This document shows, piece after piece, positions 8,095 to 16,540 of a stretch of DNA of 32,000 bases (positions within the stretch are counted from its first letter, which is position 1; every line of letters begins with the position of its first letter). The position numbers were made by a program, and so were the translations under genes. This DNA comes from Mycolicibacterium smegmatis. Its GTDB lineage: Bacteria; Actinomycetota; Actinomycetes; Mycobacteriales; Mycobacteriaceae. The stretch covers positions 2,250,001 to 2,282,000 of the forward strand of contig NZ_LN831039.1 of the NCBI RefSeq assembly GCF_001457595.1. The letters are read 5' to 3'. A model generated the notes under the pieces. It was not told where the DNA came from. It was given only the letters and a program-made list of their open reading frames with translations, and made no database searches.

Positions 8095-9033
8095 ATGACA
8101 GACCTGATCGTGCGGAAGATGCGGTTCGCCTTCGCCGACCACCACGTGCCCTTCCTGTGGAACGAGGCCAACCCGGCGTTCTCCAGCATGGCCAACGCCG
8201 TGTCGTTTCTGGCCATCGCGTTCGAGAAGATGATCGGCCACATGATCACCGAGGCCATGCCGCACATCACCGACCCCGAGATCGCTGAGGAGGCACAGGC
8301 TTTCGTGCGCCAGGAGGGCCAGCACTCGATGGCCCACCGTCAGCACGCCAAGGGTCTGATCAAGAGCTATCCCGCGCTCAAGGAGACCCTCGACGAGGTG
8401 GTCAAGGCGTTCGACGACCTCACCGCCAACACCCCGCTGAAGTACCGCCTGGCCTACACCGCCGACCTCGAGGCGACGTTCACCCCGGTGTTCAAGCTCA
8501 TGCTCGACCACGACGACACGCTCTTCGCGCCCGGCGACGACCGCGTGGCGTCGTTGTTTTTGTGGCACTTCGTCGAGGAGGTCGAGCACCGCAGCTCGGC
8601 GCTGATCATCTACGACGCCGTCGTCGACGACCCCTGGTACCGCATGCGCGTGGCCCCCTCGGTGTTCAAGCACGTCTGGGGTGTGTTGCGCCTGGCCTGC
8701 GAAGGGTTCAACAAACACGTCCCGGTGTCCGAACGCGGGGTGGACGCGATGTCGATGTTCGGCATGCAGGCCCGCAGGAAGAAGCTCATGCAGCGGCTGC
8801 CGTTCCTCGCCGCCCCCGACGACGGCCCGATCGCCAACGCGTTCGGCCATCTGCCCGTGCGCGACATGCTGGTGGCGCTCGTCGGCGTGGTACGCAGCCA
8901 GATCCCCGGGCACGATCCCGCGCACGAGAAGCTGCCCGCACTGGCCGACGAGTGGTTCGCCCGGTACGAGACGGGCTACGACGTCACCCAGTGGTACACC
9001 GCAGGCGAGAAGGCGGACGTGGCCAATGTCTGA
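8095..9033 (+). CDS. Predicted metal-dependent hydrolase (PF10118-like)
   Basis: Helical protein with spaced H/E residues (RQEGQHSMAHRQHAKG, WHFVEEVEHRSSALIIYDAV). ATG at 8095 has a GCGAGG SD 8 nt upstream; the ORF tool start is GTG 8086. Confidence 0.75.
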   Translation: MTDLIVRKMRFAFADHHVPFLWNEANPAFSSMANAVSFLAIAFEKMIGHMITEAMPHITDPEIAEEAQAFVRQEGQHSMAHRQHAKGLIKSYPALKETLDEVVKAFDDLTANTPLKYRLAYTADLEATFTPVFKLMLDHDDTLFAPGDDRVASLFLWHFVEEVEHRSSALIIYDAVVDDPWYRMRVAPSVFKHVWGVLRLACEGFNKHVPVSERGVDAMSMFGMQARRKKLMQRLPFLAAPDDGPIANAFGHLPVRDMLVALVGVVRSQIPGHDPAHEKLPALADEWFARYETGYDVTQWYTAGEKADVANV

Positions 9034-10183
9034 CCTGTGTACCCCCACGTTCGCCGATCTCGCACAGCGGATGGGCTTCTCCTGTGACGACATCGGTGGC
9101 CTGGTCTCGTTCCGCAACCCGTTCGGTCTGGAGAACTGGACATTGCTCGCCCTCGAGATCCTCGTCATCACCGGTGCCGTACTGGCGCTGGTGTACGCGG
9201 TCAACCGCTATCGGCGACAAGGCGATCCGACCAACGTGGTTTTGTGGTTCGGCGCCATCGCCTACCTGCTGATCATCGAACCGCCGCTGTACTTTCCGGC
9301 CGCGTTCGGCATCGAAGAGCACGTCGACACCATGTTCGCGCACAACCTGTTCACGGTGGAGTTCCTGTGGGGACGTCTGCCGCTCTACATCGTCGCGATC
9401 TATCCCATGATGGCCACGGTGTCTTTCGAGATCGTGCGCAGGCTCGGGGTTTTCACGCGGTACGGATCATTCGTGGGTGCGCTGGCGGTCGGCTTCGTGC
9501 ACCACGCGTTCTACGAGATCTTCGACCACCTGGGCCCGCAGTTGCGGTGGTGGGAGTGGACGCTGGAGCACCCGCTCAACCAGCCGTTCTTCGACTCGGT
9601 GCCGCTGCCCAGCGTCGTGGTGTTCGCGGCGCTGTGGCCCACGTCGTTGGCGTTCTGCGTGCAGTTCTTCGTCGGTCGCCACGTCGATGGCGGTCGGTCG
9701 TTCACCGGCGGTCAGATCGCGCTGCGCACCGTGGTGGTCGGTGTGCTGGCCTCGGTGGGGACGTTCATCCTGCCGCTGCCCGCCACCGTCTCCGGTTCGC
9801 TTTCGGGCAGCACGGTCGTCGGCGGTGTCGTGTATGCGCTGGAACTGTTGGCGCTCAGCGTCGTCGCGGTCGCGGTGATGTTCGCGCAGTGGCGCCGCCT
9901 GCGGTCGCCGTCCCGGCCGCCGCTGGGGCCGGGCGGGGTGATCCTGGGCTACGCCGCGGTGTATCTGGCGGTGATGACCGTGCTGTGGCTGACCGCGCTG
10001 CCTGACTGGTTCGGTGCGGTCGGTGGCGTCACCGCCGACGGCGACCCCATCGGCAGTCTCTGGTACACCGTGCTGTGCCTGATGGTCGCCGCGCTGGCGC
10101 TTGCCGCGGCGGTGACGGTGCGGCCGGTGGCCTCCGCGACGGCCGAGGCGGCGGAGTCGACGCAGGCGCAGCCGCAGGCCTGA
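9026..10183 (+). CDS. Multi-pass integral membrane protein, unknown function
   Basis: From MSDLCTPTFADLAQRMG..., many hydrophobic segments. ATG overlaps the upstream stop by 8 nt (translational coupling). In frame within the long ORF 8681..10183. Confidence 0.8.
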   Translation: MSDLCTPTFADLAQRMGFSCDDIGGLVSFRNPFGLENWTLLALEILVITGAVLALVYAVNRYRRQGDPTNVVLWFGAIAYLLIIEPPLYFPAAFGIEEHVDTMFAHNLFTVEFLWGRLPLYIVAIYPMMATVSFEIVRRLGVFTRYGSFVGALAVGFVHHAFYEIFDHLGPQLRWWEWTLEHPLNQPFFDSVPLPSVVVFAALWPTSLAFCVQFFVGRHVDGGRSFTGGQIALRTVVVGVLASVGTFILPLPATVSGSLSGSTVVGGVVYALELLALSVVAVAVMFAQWRRLRSPSRPPLGPGGVILGYAAVYLAVMTVLWLTALPDWFGAVGGVTADGDPIGSLWYTVLCLMVAALALAAAVTVRPVASATAEAAESTQAQPQA

Positions 10184-10214
10184 GATCGCCACACCCCGCG
10201 GGCAATGCGGCAGA

Positions 10215-11273
10215 ATGGCGCGAATGGCGACACCGCCGCAGCGTCCTGATCGGCCCGGTGGCCGGCCCGGCCCGCAGCCCGGCCGGCGTCCTGTGCCGCC
10301 CAGCCGGGGCTTTCCACCGCCCGACCCGGCCACCCGGCGCCTACCCCGGCCACCCCGCCCGACAGGGCCGGCCGGGCCCGATGGGCCCACCGAACAGCTG
10401 CGGGCACCGCGTCCGGAGCCTCCGACCGAACAGATGCGTGCGCGCCGCCCACCGCTCGACGCGGCCGCCACGGAGAAGATCACCCGGCCACGCCCGCCCG
10501 TCGCACAGGGCGGACCGCTGGGTGCGTCACCGCCTGCCGTCAAGCGGGCGTGGCTGCGCACCTGGCAGGCCGCGGTGCTGATCGCCGTCATCGTGGTGGC
10601 GCTGGTGGTCGGTGGGCTGGCCGGCGCCGAACTGTACGCGCGCCACCGCGCGGGCACGTTGCTCGTCGCGGTGGCCGAATGCGTCGTGGAGGACAACGCC
10701 ACGGTGTCCTTCGGGGTGAACCCACCGTTCCTGTGGCAGCACATCACCGGCCACTACACCAACATCTCGGTGCAAACCGCGGGCAGGCAGGTGCAGGCCG
10801 CCGAGGGCATGACTGCCGATGTCACGCTCAAGGACATCCGCCTGCAGGGCACCGCCGACTCCAAGGGCACCATCGGATCGCTGACGGCGACGCTGAGTTG
10901 GACCTCCGAGGGCATCAAGGACACTGTCGCGGCGAACCTGCCCGGCGTCGGAAGCCTCGTCACCGGCGTCAGCACCGACGCCGCGGCGGGCACCCTCACG
11001 CTGGAGGCGGCGGGCGACAACCGCGTCACCGCGCGGCCGGTCGTCACCGACGGCGACCTCACGTTGGAGGTCCTCGACGTCACCGGCCCGTTCTCCAAGG
11101 AGACGGTGCAGGACGCGCTGAACGGGTTGACCACCAAGCTCAACGAGAACTACCCGTTGGGCATCCACGCCGACAGCGTCGCGGTGACCGACACGGGTCT
11201 CGTCGGAAGGTTCTCCAGCCAGGACGCGTCTATACCCAATGACGAAGCCGATCCGTGTTTCGCGCGTCTGTGA
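10215..11273 (+). CDS. DUF2993 / LmeA-like protein with a proline-rich N-terminus and one TM helix
   Basis: Pro-rich cytosolic region, TM (AAVLIAVIVVALVVGGLAGAELYA), then an LmeA-like region (VAECVVEDNATVSFGVNPPFLWQHITGHYTNISVQTAGRQVQAAEGMTADVTLKDIRLQG). Confidence 0.72.
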   Translation: MARMATPPQRPDRPGGRPGPQPGRRPVPPSRGFPPPDPATRRLPRPPRPTGPAGPDGPTEQLRAPRPEPPTEQMRARRPPLDAAATEKITRPRPPVAQGGPLGASPPAVKRAWLRTWQAAVLIAVIVVALVVGGLAGAELYARHRAGTLLVAVAECVVEDNATVSFGVNPPFLWQHITGHYTNISVQTAGRQVQAAEGMTADVTLKDIRLQGTADSKGTIGSLTATLSWTSEGIKDTVAANLPGVGSLVTGVSTDAAAGTLTLEAAGDNRVTARPVVTDGDLTLEVLDVTGPFSKETVQDALNGLTTKLNENYPLGIHADSVAVTDTGLVGRFSSQDASIPNDEADPCFARL

Positions 11274-11286
11274 GAAAGGTGAACCT

Positions 11287-11871
11287 GTGCATCTGAGGAC
11301 TGCTGGGAGAACGGCTGCAAAAACGGTGCTCGCTTCGGTTGCGCTCGCCGCACTGGCGGGTGTGGGCACCCCGCATGCCACGGCCGACGACCTGAGCCCG
11401 CTGGTTCCTCTCGTCGACGCTGCCGCGCAGCGCCTGCAGACCGCAGATCCGGTGGCGGCGTCCAAGTTCCGCTCGGGCGGCGCGATCGACGACCCGGACC
11501 GCGAACAACAGGTGATCGCCGCGGTCACCGGGGACGCCACCCGGCACAACATCGACCCCGGATACGTCCACGATGTCTTCCGCAATCAGATCGACGCCAC
11601 ATCGTCGGTGGAGCACACCCGCTTCGCGCAGTGGAAGCTCGACCCGGCCGCGGCACCGTCGTCGGCGCCCGACCTGTCCGAGTCGCGGCAGAAGATCGAC
11701 ACGCTCAACCGCACGATGGTCGACGAGATCGCCCGGCAGTGGCCGGTTCTGCACTCGCCCGTGTGCCGGCCCGACCTCGACAGGGCCCTCGACGCGGTGG
11801 CCACGGCACGTGGGTTCGATCCGGTGTACCGACACGCGCTCGAATACGCGACGCATTCGTACTGCCGATGA
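11287..11871 (+). CDS. Secreted chorismate mutase (AroQ gamma type, Rv1885c-like)
   Basis: Signal peptide, then LVPLVDAAAQRLQTADPVAASKFRSGGAIDDPDREQQVIAAVTGDATRHNIDPGYVHDVFRNQIDATSSVEHTRFAQWKLDP, matching the recalled Rv1885c pattern. GTG 11287 preferred (SD gaaagg) over ORF start 11239. Confidence 0.88.
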   Translation: MHLRTAGRTAAKTVLASVALAALAGVGTPHATADDLSPLVPLVDAAAQRLQTADPVAASKFRSGGAIDDPDREQQVIAAVTGDATRHNIDPGYVHDVFRNQIDATSSVEHTRFAQWKLDPAAAPSSAPDLSESRQKIDTLNRTMVDEIARQWPVLHSPVCRPDLDRALDAVATARGFDPVYRHALEYATHSYCR

Positions 11872-11948
11872 GGCTTTACATCCCCGTCAAGAATTGACGT
11901 TTCTGTAGGACGCCAGCGGGTATTCACAGGCCCAAGGAGGTGCCAGAA

Positions 11949-12533
11949 ATGCCCACATGGAGCTGGATAGCAATAGGTGTAGTCGTCGCCGTACTCGTGA
12001 TCTTGGCAGCGATCTGCCTGGTGTCGATGAACCGTCACAAACGAAGTGAAAGGTTGAGAAGTCACTTCGGACCCGAATACGACCGCACGGTGGACACCGC
12101 GGGGGACCGTAAGGCCGCCGAGAAGGAACTGCTCGGACGCCAGCGGGCGCACAAGAAGCTCGACATCGTCGAACTCACGCCCGAGGCTCGCGCACGTTAC
12201 TTCCAGGCGTGGACCGCCACGCAGGCCGAATTCGTCGACGACCCGGCCGGTGCGGTGCGTGACGCGGACCGGCTGGTCACCGATGTGATGCGCGAACGCG
12301 GTTATCCCATCGACGATTTCGAGCAGCGTGCGGCCGACATCTCGGTCGACCATCCGAAGGTCGTCGAGCACTATCGGGCCGCTCATGTGCTGCATCTGGC
12401 GCAGGAGCACGGTGAGATCGGCACCGAGGCGCAGCGCGAGGCGATCGTTCACTACCGTGCGCTGTTCGAACAACTTCTCGGTGTCCATCCCACCTCGAAC
12501 ATGCCCAACACGCCCGAGGAGACACGGTCATGA
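11949..12533 (+). CDS. Membrane-anchored conserved protein with a C-terminal helical domain
   Basis: MPTWSWIAIGVVVAVLVILAAICLVSMNRHKRSER N-terminal TM. SD aaggagg 8 nt upstream of ATG 11949 (the GTG 11940 overlaps the SD). Confidence 0.75.
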   Translation: MPTWSWIAIGVVVAVLVILAAICLVSMNRHKRSERLRSHFGPEYDRTVDTAGDRKAAEKELLGRQRAHKKLDIVELTPEARARYFQAWTATQAEFVDDPAGAVRDADRLVTDVMRERGYPIDDFEQRAADISVDHPKVVEHYRAAHVLHLAQEHGEIGTEAQREAIVHYRALFEQLLGVHPTSNMPNTPEETRS

Positions 12534-13063
12534 CCGCCAACGACCAGCCCTCGGCCGCAGCGGCTGCCCCGCAGACCGGCTATCAGGCGACGGGCACCGA
12601 ACCCGTTGCGCCACAGCAACAACTGGCGCAGACACAGCCGATCCCGCCCATGGGCGCCGACGGCACCCAAGCGCCGGTTGAGATGAATCAGGGCGCGGCA
12701 GTGGGTCAGACTCAGACGAGCCAGACCGACACGAATCAGGGTGCGGCAGTGGGCCATACCGACGGGATGTATCCGAATACGGGTGAGCCCACCGACGGTG
12801 GGCTGTTCGCCGACGATGACCGCACCGGCCTGCGGGCGCGGTGGGACGCGCTGCAGGCGTCTTTCGTCGACAACCCCAAACAGTGTGTGCAAGAGGCCGA
12901 TGGCCTCGTGGAAGAGGTCGTTCAGCGCCTCACCGCGAGCTTCGCCCACGCCCGTTCACGGCTCGACGAGCAGTGGTCGCAGGGGCAGGATGCCTCGACC
13001 GAGGATCTCCGCATCGCCTTGCAGCGCTACCGGGACTTCTTTCAGCGACTGCTCACAGTCTGA
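12530..13063 (+). CDS. Conserved hypothetical protein with Gln-rich N-terminus; C-terminal domain related to the preceding gene product
   Basis: ATGA overlap with the upstream gene. C-terminal LRARWDALQASFVDNPKQCVQEADGLVEEVVQRL resembles YFQAWTATQAEFVDDPAGAVRDADRLVTDVMRE in the upstream protein. Confidence 0.72.
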   Translation: MTANDQPSAAAAAPQTGYQATGTEPVAPQQQLAQTQPIPPMGADGTQAPVEMNQGAAVGQTQTSQTDTNQGAAVGHTDGMYPNTGEPTDGGLFADDDRTGLRARWDALQASFVDNPKQCVQEADGLVEEVVQRLTASFAHARSRLDEQWSQGQDASTEDLRIALQRYRDFFQRLLTV

Positions 13064-13423
13064 CCGGACAACGACTCCGCCGGACCGCGACTCAGTCGCG
13101 GTTCGGCGGAGTCGTAGATCACCAGGAACACCAGATCGTCGGTCCCGGTGTTGGTGAGGTTGTGCCGGGCATGCGCGGGAACCTTGACGAACGTGCCCGG
13201 TTTCACCTGCCATGTCTGTCCGTCGATCTGGACCTCGCCGCTACCGGTGAGGAAATAGAACGCGTGGTTGTAGGGATGGCTGTGCAGCGGAGATCCGCCG
13301 CCCGCCCCAAACGCGTGAGCTGGGCGTTGAACGCCGACGTGTAGTCGACGTCGGCCACGTTGTCACTCAACCAGAAGTCGCGGCCCAGATCGGTTTTGTG
13401 CCCCCGGTGGGCTTGTCGGTCAT
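13042..13423 (-). pseudogene. Cupin-domain protein gene interrupted by two apparent single-base frameshifts
   Basis: ATG at 13423 reads MTDKPTGG then stops. The second frame gives HKTDLGRDFWLSDNVADVDYTSAFNAQLTR; the third gives FGAGGGSPLHSHPYNHAFYFLTGSGEVQIDGQTWQVKPGTFVKVPAHARHNLTNTGTDDLVFLVIYD, a clear cupin core. The frames join if one base is added at each of two G-runs. Confidence 0.7.
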
Positions 13424-13510
13424 GTGGATCTCCCTTCTACACGTGGATCCGTGTTGGGAAGTCTCGTCGCGACGGCCACCGGCGGCATTGCCGCTGACGG
13501 CAAACCAGGA

Positions 13511-13528
13511 CTACCGGCTGACCGGTAG
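13511..13528 (-). terminator. Hairpin (CTACCGG-CTGA-CCGGTAG) just after the EIICB stop codon
   Basis: 7-bp perfect stem and 4-nt loop, 5 nt downstream of the stop at 13534. No U-tract, common for mycobacterial terminators. Confidence 0.45.
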
Positions 13529-13533
13529 GCAAC

Positions 13534-15117
13534 TCACAGGCTGTCGATGATGGCGTTCTTGAGCGCCTCGGAGTTGGTGCCGAACACCGCCTGGACACTG
13601 TTGCCGACCTCGAGGACGCCTGCGGCGCCGAGCGCGCGGAGCCGGTCGTGATCCACCTTTGTCTTGTCGGCGACCTCCATGCGCAACCGCGTGATGCACG
13701 CGTCGACGTTGACCAGGTTCTCCCGCCCCCCGAAGGCCGCGATGAGCTGCTCGGCCTCGCTGTCGGCGCGCTCGGGCGCCGCGACAGTACCGGCGGCGCC
13801 CGCCGCGCCGCCCGCGGTGACGGCCGTCGCCGACGTCTCGCCCTCGCCGAGGTTGGCCGCCTCCTCGGCGGCGAACTCCGACTCGGGCTCCCGGCCCGGG
13901 GTCCGCATGTTCCACTTGGTGATCGCGAACCGGAACATCAGGTAGTAGACGACGAAGAACACCACACCCATCGCGATCAGCAGCGGGATGTTCTTCGCGG
14001 CCGGCGCCGTGCCGTAGAGCAGCAGGTCGATCAGACCTGCCGAGAACGAGAAGCCCAGATGGATGTCGAGCAGGTAGGCGATCGCCAGCGACAACCCGGT
14101 GAGCACCGCGTGGATGACGTAGAGCGGGAATGCCACGAACATGAAGGCGAACTCGAGCGGTTCGGTCACGCCCGTGAGGAACGCGGTGAGCGCCGCGGCC
14201 GACAGGATGCCCACCGCGACCTTGCGCTGCCTTTTGTTGGCGACGTGGATCATCGCCAGCGCGGCGGCCGGCAACCCGAACATCAGGATCGGGTAGAAGC
14301 CTGACGTGAGGATGCCCGCGGTGGGATCGCCCGCGGCAAATCTGGTGAGCTCGCCGGTGACCACCTGGCCGTCCGCGGTCTGGTAGTCGCCGTAGATGAA
14401 CCAGACATACGAGTTGGGGATGTGGTGCAGGCCCAGGGGAATCAGCATGCGGTTGGCGAATCCGTAGACGAACGCGCCGAGCGCGCCTGCCCCGCCGATG
14501 AACCGGCCGAGCGCGGTCAGGCCTGCGTCGAAGATGGGGTAGAAGTAGCTCATCAGGAACGCCACGAACAGCGACGCCAGTGACACCACGATGGGGACGA
14601 ATCGTCTTCCGCCGAAAAAGCCCAGATACGACGGTAATTGGATGGTGTGGTACCGGTCGAACAACCATGCGGTGAGCAGGCCGACGACGATACCGGCGAA
14701 CACGCTGTAGTTGATCTGCGCCTGATCGCCTGCCTTGTCCACCTCACCGGCCAGCACGATCGGCGACATGGTCTTGAACACGGCCTCCACCACGAGATAG
14801 CCGACGACTGCCGCGAGCGCGGTCGATCCGTCGGCCTTGCGCGCGAATCCGATGGCGACACCCACCGCAAACAACAGGGGAAGATTGCTGAAAAGCGCGT
14901 CGCCCGCAGCGCTCATGGCCTTGAAGAACGGGCCGATGACCGGTGATTCGATGCGACCGAGCAGATCAGGCTGGCCTATGCGCAGCAGGATGCCCGCCGC
15001 GGGCAGCACCGCGATGGGCAGCATGAGGCTTTTGCCGAGGCGCTGCAGCTGTGCGAACCCTGGGATCCGCAGCCCTGATTTCCTCTGTGTTGCTTCAGGT
15101 TTCGCCGCGTTGCTCAT
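13534..15117 (-). CDS. PTS EIICB, glucose / N-acetylglucosamine family
   Basis: EIIC region ([41 protein letters not shown]) and EIIB phospho-Cys motif [13 protein letters not shown]. Neighbouring crr/nagB/nagA favour a NagE role, but PtsG cannot be excluded by eye. Start taken as ATG 15117 ([15 protein letters not shown]). Confidence 0.9.
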   Translation of the reverse strand: MSNAAKPEATQRKSGLRIPGFAQLQRLGKSLMLPIAVLPAAGILLRIGQPDLLGRIESPVIGPFFKAMSAAGDALFSNLPLLFAVGVAIGFARKADGSTALAAVVGYLVVEAVFKTMSPIVLAGEVDKAGDQAQINYSVFAGIVVGLLTAWLFDRYHTIQLPSYLGFFGGRRFVPIVVSLASLFVAFLMSYFYPIFDAGLTALGRFIGGAGALGAFVYGFANRMLIPLGLHHIPNSYVWFIYGDYQTADGQVVTGELTRFAAGDPTAGILTSGFYPILMFGLPAAALAMIHVANKRQRKVAVGILSAAALTAFLTGVTEPLEFAFMFVAFPLYVIHAVLTGLSLAIAYLLDIHLGFSFSAGLIDLLLYGTAPAAKNIPLLIAMGVVFFVVYYLMFRFAITKWNMRTPGREPESEFAAEEAANLGEGETSATAVTAGGAAGAAGTVAAPERADSEAEQLIAAFGGRENLVNVDACITRLRMEVADKTKVDHDRLRALGAAGVLEVGNSVQAVFGTNSEALKNAIIDSL

Positions 15118-15188
15118 CGCATCATCGCCCTTCCGGCCGCGTTGTGTGCGCTCACTGCTCAAACTCTGCCGAAGCTTAGACGAGAACG

Positions 15189-15203
15189 CGACTCGAAGAG
15201 TCG
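15189..15203. promoter_or_regulatory. Candidate operator CGACTC-GAA-GAGTCG between divergent EIICB and EIIA genes
   Basis: Perfect 6-bp inverted arms with a 3-nt spacer, plus a repeated ACTCGAA half. Confidence 0.35.
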
Positions 15204-15261
15204 AACTCGAAACGTTGGGACGGCTCGTATGGTTGGAACACGAACGCAAAGGAGTCAGACC

Positions 15262-15732
15262 GTGACCATCACGTCAGTTCTCGCCCCGGTGGGTGGGCGC
15301 GCAGTCGCCCTGTCCGAGATTCCCGACCCGGTGTTCTCCGCGGGCATGGTGGGCCACGGCGCCGCGGTGGATCCACCGCACGAGGTGGTGCAGGCCGTGG
15401 CGCCGGTGAGCGGGAAACTGCTCAAGCTCATGCCGCACGCCTATGTGGTGATGACCGCGGACAACGTGGGAGTGCTGGTCCACCTGGGCATCGACACCGT
15501 GCAACTGAGCGGCGAGGGGTTCACCACCCACGTCGCCCAGGGCGACACCGTGACCGCAGGGCAACTCGTGATCACCTACGACGTCGCGGCGGTCGTGGCC
15601 AAGGGCCTCAATCCCATTGTCCCGGTGGTGATCATGGACGAGCGCGAACCGGGAAACATCACCGCGTCCGAAGCGGTGCGCACAGGCGCCGACATCGCCA
15701 CGGGCGCTGAACTTTTCACCGCCGCCAAGTAA
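15262..15732 (+). CDS. crr: PTS EIIA, glucose family
   Basis: [34 protein letters not shown] ... [27 protein letters not shown] (active-site His motif). GTG 15262 with SD ggag; the ORF-tool start 15142 is too early. Confidence 0.9.
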   Translation: MTITSVLAPVGGRAVALSEIPDPVFSAGMVGHGAAVDPPHEVVQAVAPVSGKLLKLMPHAYVVMTADNVGVLVHLGIDTVQLSGEGFTTHVAQGDTVTAGQLVITYDVAAVVAKGLNPIVPVVIMDEREPGNITASEAVRTGADIATGAELFTAAK

Positions 15733-15753
15733 CCGACCAACCGACCGGATCAC

Positions 15754-16539
15754 ATGGAAGTCATCATCCTGCCCGACCCCGGACGCATCGGCAGCCTTGC
15801 GGCCGATGCCATCACCGCGTTGATCACGCGCAAACCCGACGCCGTGCTCGGCCTGGCGACCGGAAGTTCCCCGCTTGCCGTCTACGACGAACTGGTGTCC
15901 CGGTACGAAGCCGGGCAGATCTCGTTCCGGCAGGCCAGGGGATTCACCCTCGACGAGTACGTCGGCCTGCCCGCCGACCACCCCGAGCGCTACCGCAACG
16001 TCATCGACACGGCATTCGCCGCGCGGGTCGACTTCGCGCCGGGCGCGGTACAGGGTCCCGACGGACTCGCCGACGACATCCCCGCGGCCTGCGCGGCGTA
16101 CGAGGCCGCGATCCGCGACGCCGGCGGCGTCGACCTGCAGATCCTCGGCATCGGCACCGACGGGCACATCGCATTCAACGAGCCCGGCTCCTCACTCGCG
16201 TCGCGCACCCGCATCAAGACGCTGACCCGCCAGACCCGCGTCGACAACGCCAGGTTCTTCGGCGGCGACCTCGACCAGGTGCCCACCCACTGCCTCACCC
16301 AGGGCCTCGGCACCATCATGGAGGCCAGGCATCTGATCCTGATCGCGATGGGCCGCAGCAAGGCCGAGGCCGTGCACCACCTGGTGGAGGGTGCGGTGAG
16401 CGCCATGTGGCCGGCGACCGTGCTGCAGATGCACCCCCACGTGACCGTGTTGCTCGACGACGCTGCGGCACAACGCCTGCAACTCGTGGACTACTACCGC
16501 GAGACCTACCGCGCCAAACCGGCCTGGCAGGGCATCTGA
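15754..16539 (+). CDS. nagB: Glucosamine-6-phosphate deaminase
   Basis: LGLATGSSPLAVYDEL, FTLDEYVGLP, ILGIGTDGHIAFNEPGSSLASRTRIKTLT. Confidence 0.95.
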   Translation: MEVIILPDPGRIGSLAADAITALITRKPDAVLGLATGSSPLAVYDELVSRYEAGQISFRQARGFTLDEYVGLPADHPERYRNVIDTAFAARVDFAPGAVQGPDGLADDIPAACAAYEAAIRDAGGVDLQILGIGTDGHIAFNEPGSSLASRTRIKTLTRQTRVDNARFFGGDLDQVPTHCLTQGLGTIMEARHLILIAMGRSKAEAVHHLVEGAVSAMWPATVLQMHPHVTVLLDDAAAQRLQLVDYYRETYRAKPAWQGI

Positions 16540-16540
16540 C

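Noticed and set aside
8089-9204. 371 aa minus-strand ORF opposite the hydrolase gene
   Set aside because: His/Arg/Val-rich mirror translation of a well-supported plus-strand gene; no recognisable motif or promoter.
13511-14668. 385 aa minus ORF overlapping EIICB in another frame
   Set aside because: EIICB frame 13534..15117 has full family motifs; this one is Arg/His-rich noise.
15118-15249. N-terminal extension of the EIICB ORF ([13 protein letters not shown]...)
   Set aside because: Would overlap the divergent regulatory region; the natural start is [15 protein letters not shown] at 15117.
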